A stretch of DNA of 64,000 bases from the human T2T-CHM13v2.0 reference genome, Homo sapiens, in NCBI RefSeq assembly GCF_009914755.1, contig NC_060931.1; one strand, given 5' to 3'. Both the position numbers and the translations under genes were made by a program. The notes under the pieces are model-generated. The model saw only the letters and a program-made list of their open reading frames with translations, had not been told where the DNA came from and ran no database searches. Below are positions 59,161-64,000 of the stretch, in pieces. How positions within the stretch are numbered: the first letter of the stretch is position 1; each line of letters starts with the position of its first letter.

Positions 59161-59425
59161 ATGAGAATGGGTAAAATGATGATGTCAAAAGGCATATTTC
59201 CCATGAGGGGGTAGTGATGGTAAATGGTAGCAATGAGTTATGTTGCACTGGTTACAATCTTTTTCTTGATGTCGATGCTAAGTTCACCGATTTTTGCACA
59301 CTTGGGGGTGATAAATGCATTTATTTCCTTATTTGTGGTGGTGATTTCACTGACATTCATAAACCAAAAGGAAAAGAATGGCAGCATGAAATCTGGTGAC
59401 AATTTGGGGAAGAAAATGGAAAAAT

Positions 59426-63620
<4,195 letters not shown>

Positions 63621-64000
63621 GAAAAGTAATTGGAAGTTTTTATTTTAATAAGGTTAAACTCCTATTTATTTATCCTTGTGTTAAATTCCTATGTTAATTA
63701 TCTATTTAAAATATATAAAATATATGTCTACAAAAAGACTTGTACAAGTCTTCCCTTTCTCTCTTCCTAAATTTTTCCATCTGCCCTTTCTTTGCCTTCC
63801 ATTCCTTTTTTCCTCTCCTAAGCACAGTCATCTATGTTCAAGAAAGCAGGTAGAAAGAGGGAGGAGGTTCCTCCAGGAATCTAAGCTCAGGTACGCAAGG
63901 AAGCTGGACTTTGAAGTGGAGTGTTACATGTTCTGGTGAGTATGACACTGATAGGGAGCAGGAGGCCAAAGAAGGAGCCACAGCATGGCCTGACATCCTA

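Noticed and set aside
63900-64000. Possible LTR start at the window edge
   Set aside because: Too little sequence to classify.

Overview
AT-rich, gene-poor primate DNA, almost certainly human because it carries a diagnostic AluYb8. It consists largely of nested transposable elements, and I see no intact protein-coding gene or RNA gene. Contents: (1) a near-full-length L1PA6-like LINE-1 (3996-10047) with dead ORF1/ORF2 but an open antisense ORF0; (2) two young L1PA2/PA3-like 5'-truncated copies in inverted orientation 5 kb apart, sharing rare variants, the first with a ~200-bp 3' transduction; (3) a 5'-truncated L1PA4/5-like copy; (4) an internally deleted MER52 (ERV1) provirus with a PBS-Pro and GTTA target-site duplication (TSD), hosting an L1, an AluYb8, an AluS and a polypurine expansion; (5) a solo MER52 LTR, a THE1 element, eleven Alu-family copies, and old L1M/L2/DNA-transposon debris; (6) a 5'-truncated SOCS5 processed pseudogene on the minus strand. 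I found no convincing new multi-gene system. The best second-look items are retrotransposition and repair signatures: 3' transductions, possible L1-L1 gene conversion or inversion, a locally templated insertion inside an Alu, palindromic repair-like scars, and an Alu whose TSD is oriented backwards. Repeat subfamily names come from remembered consensus features and need RepeatMasker/Dfam confirmation.
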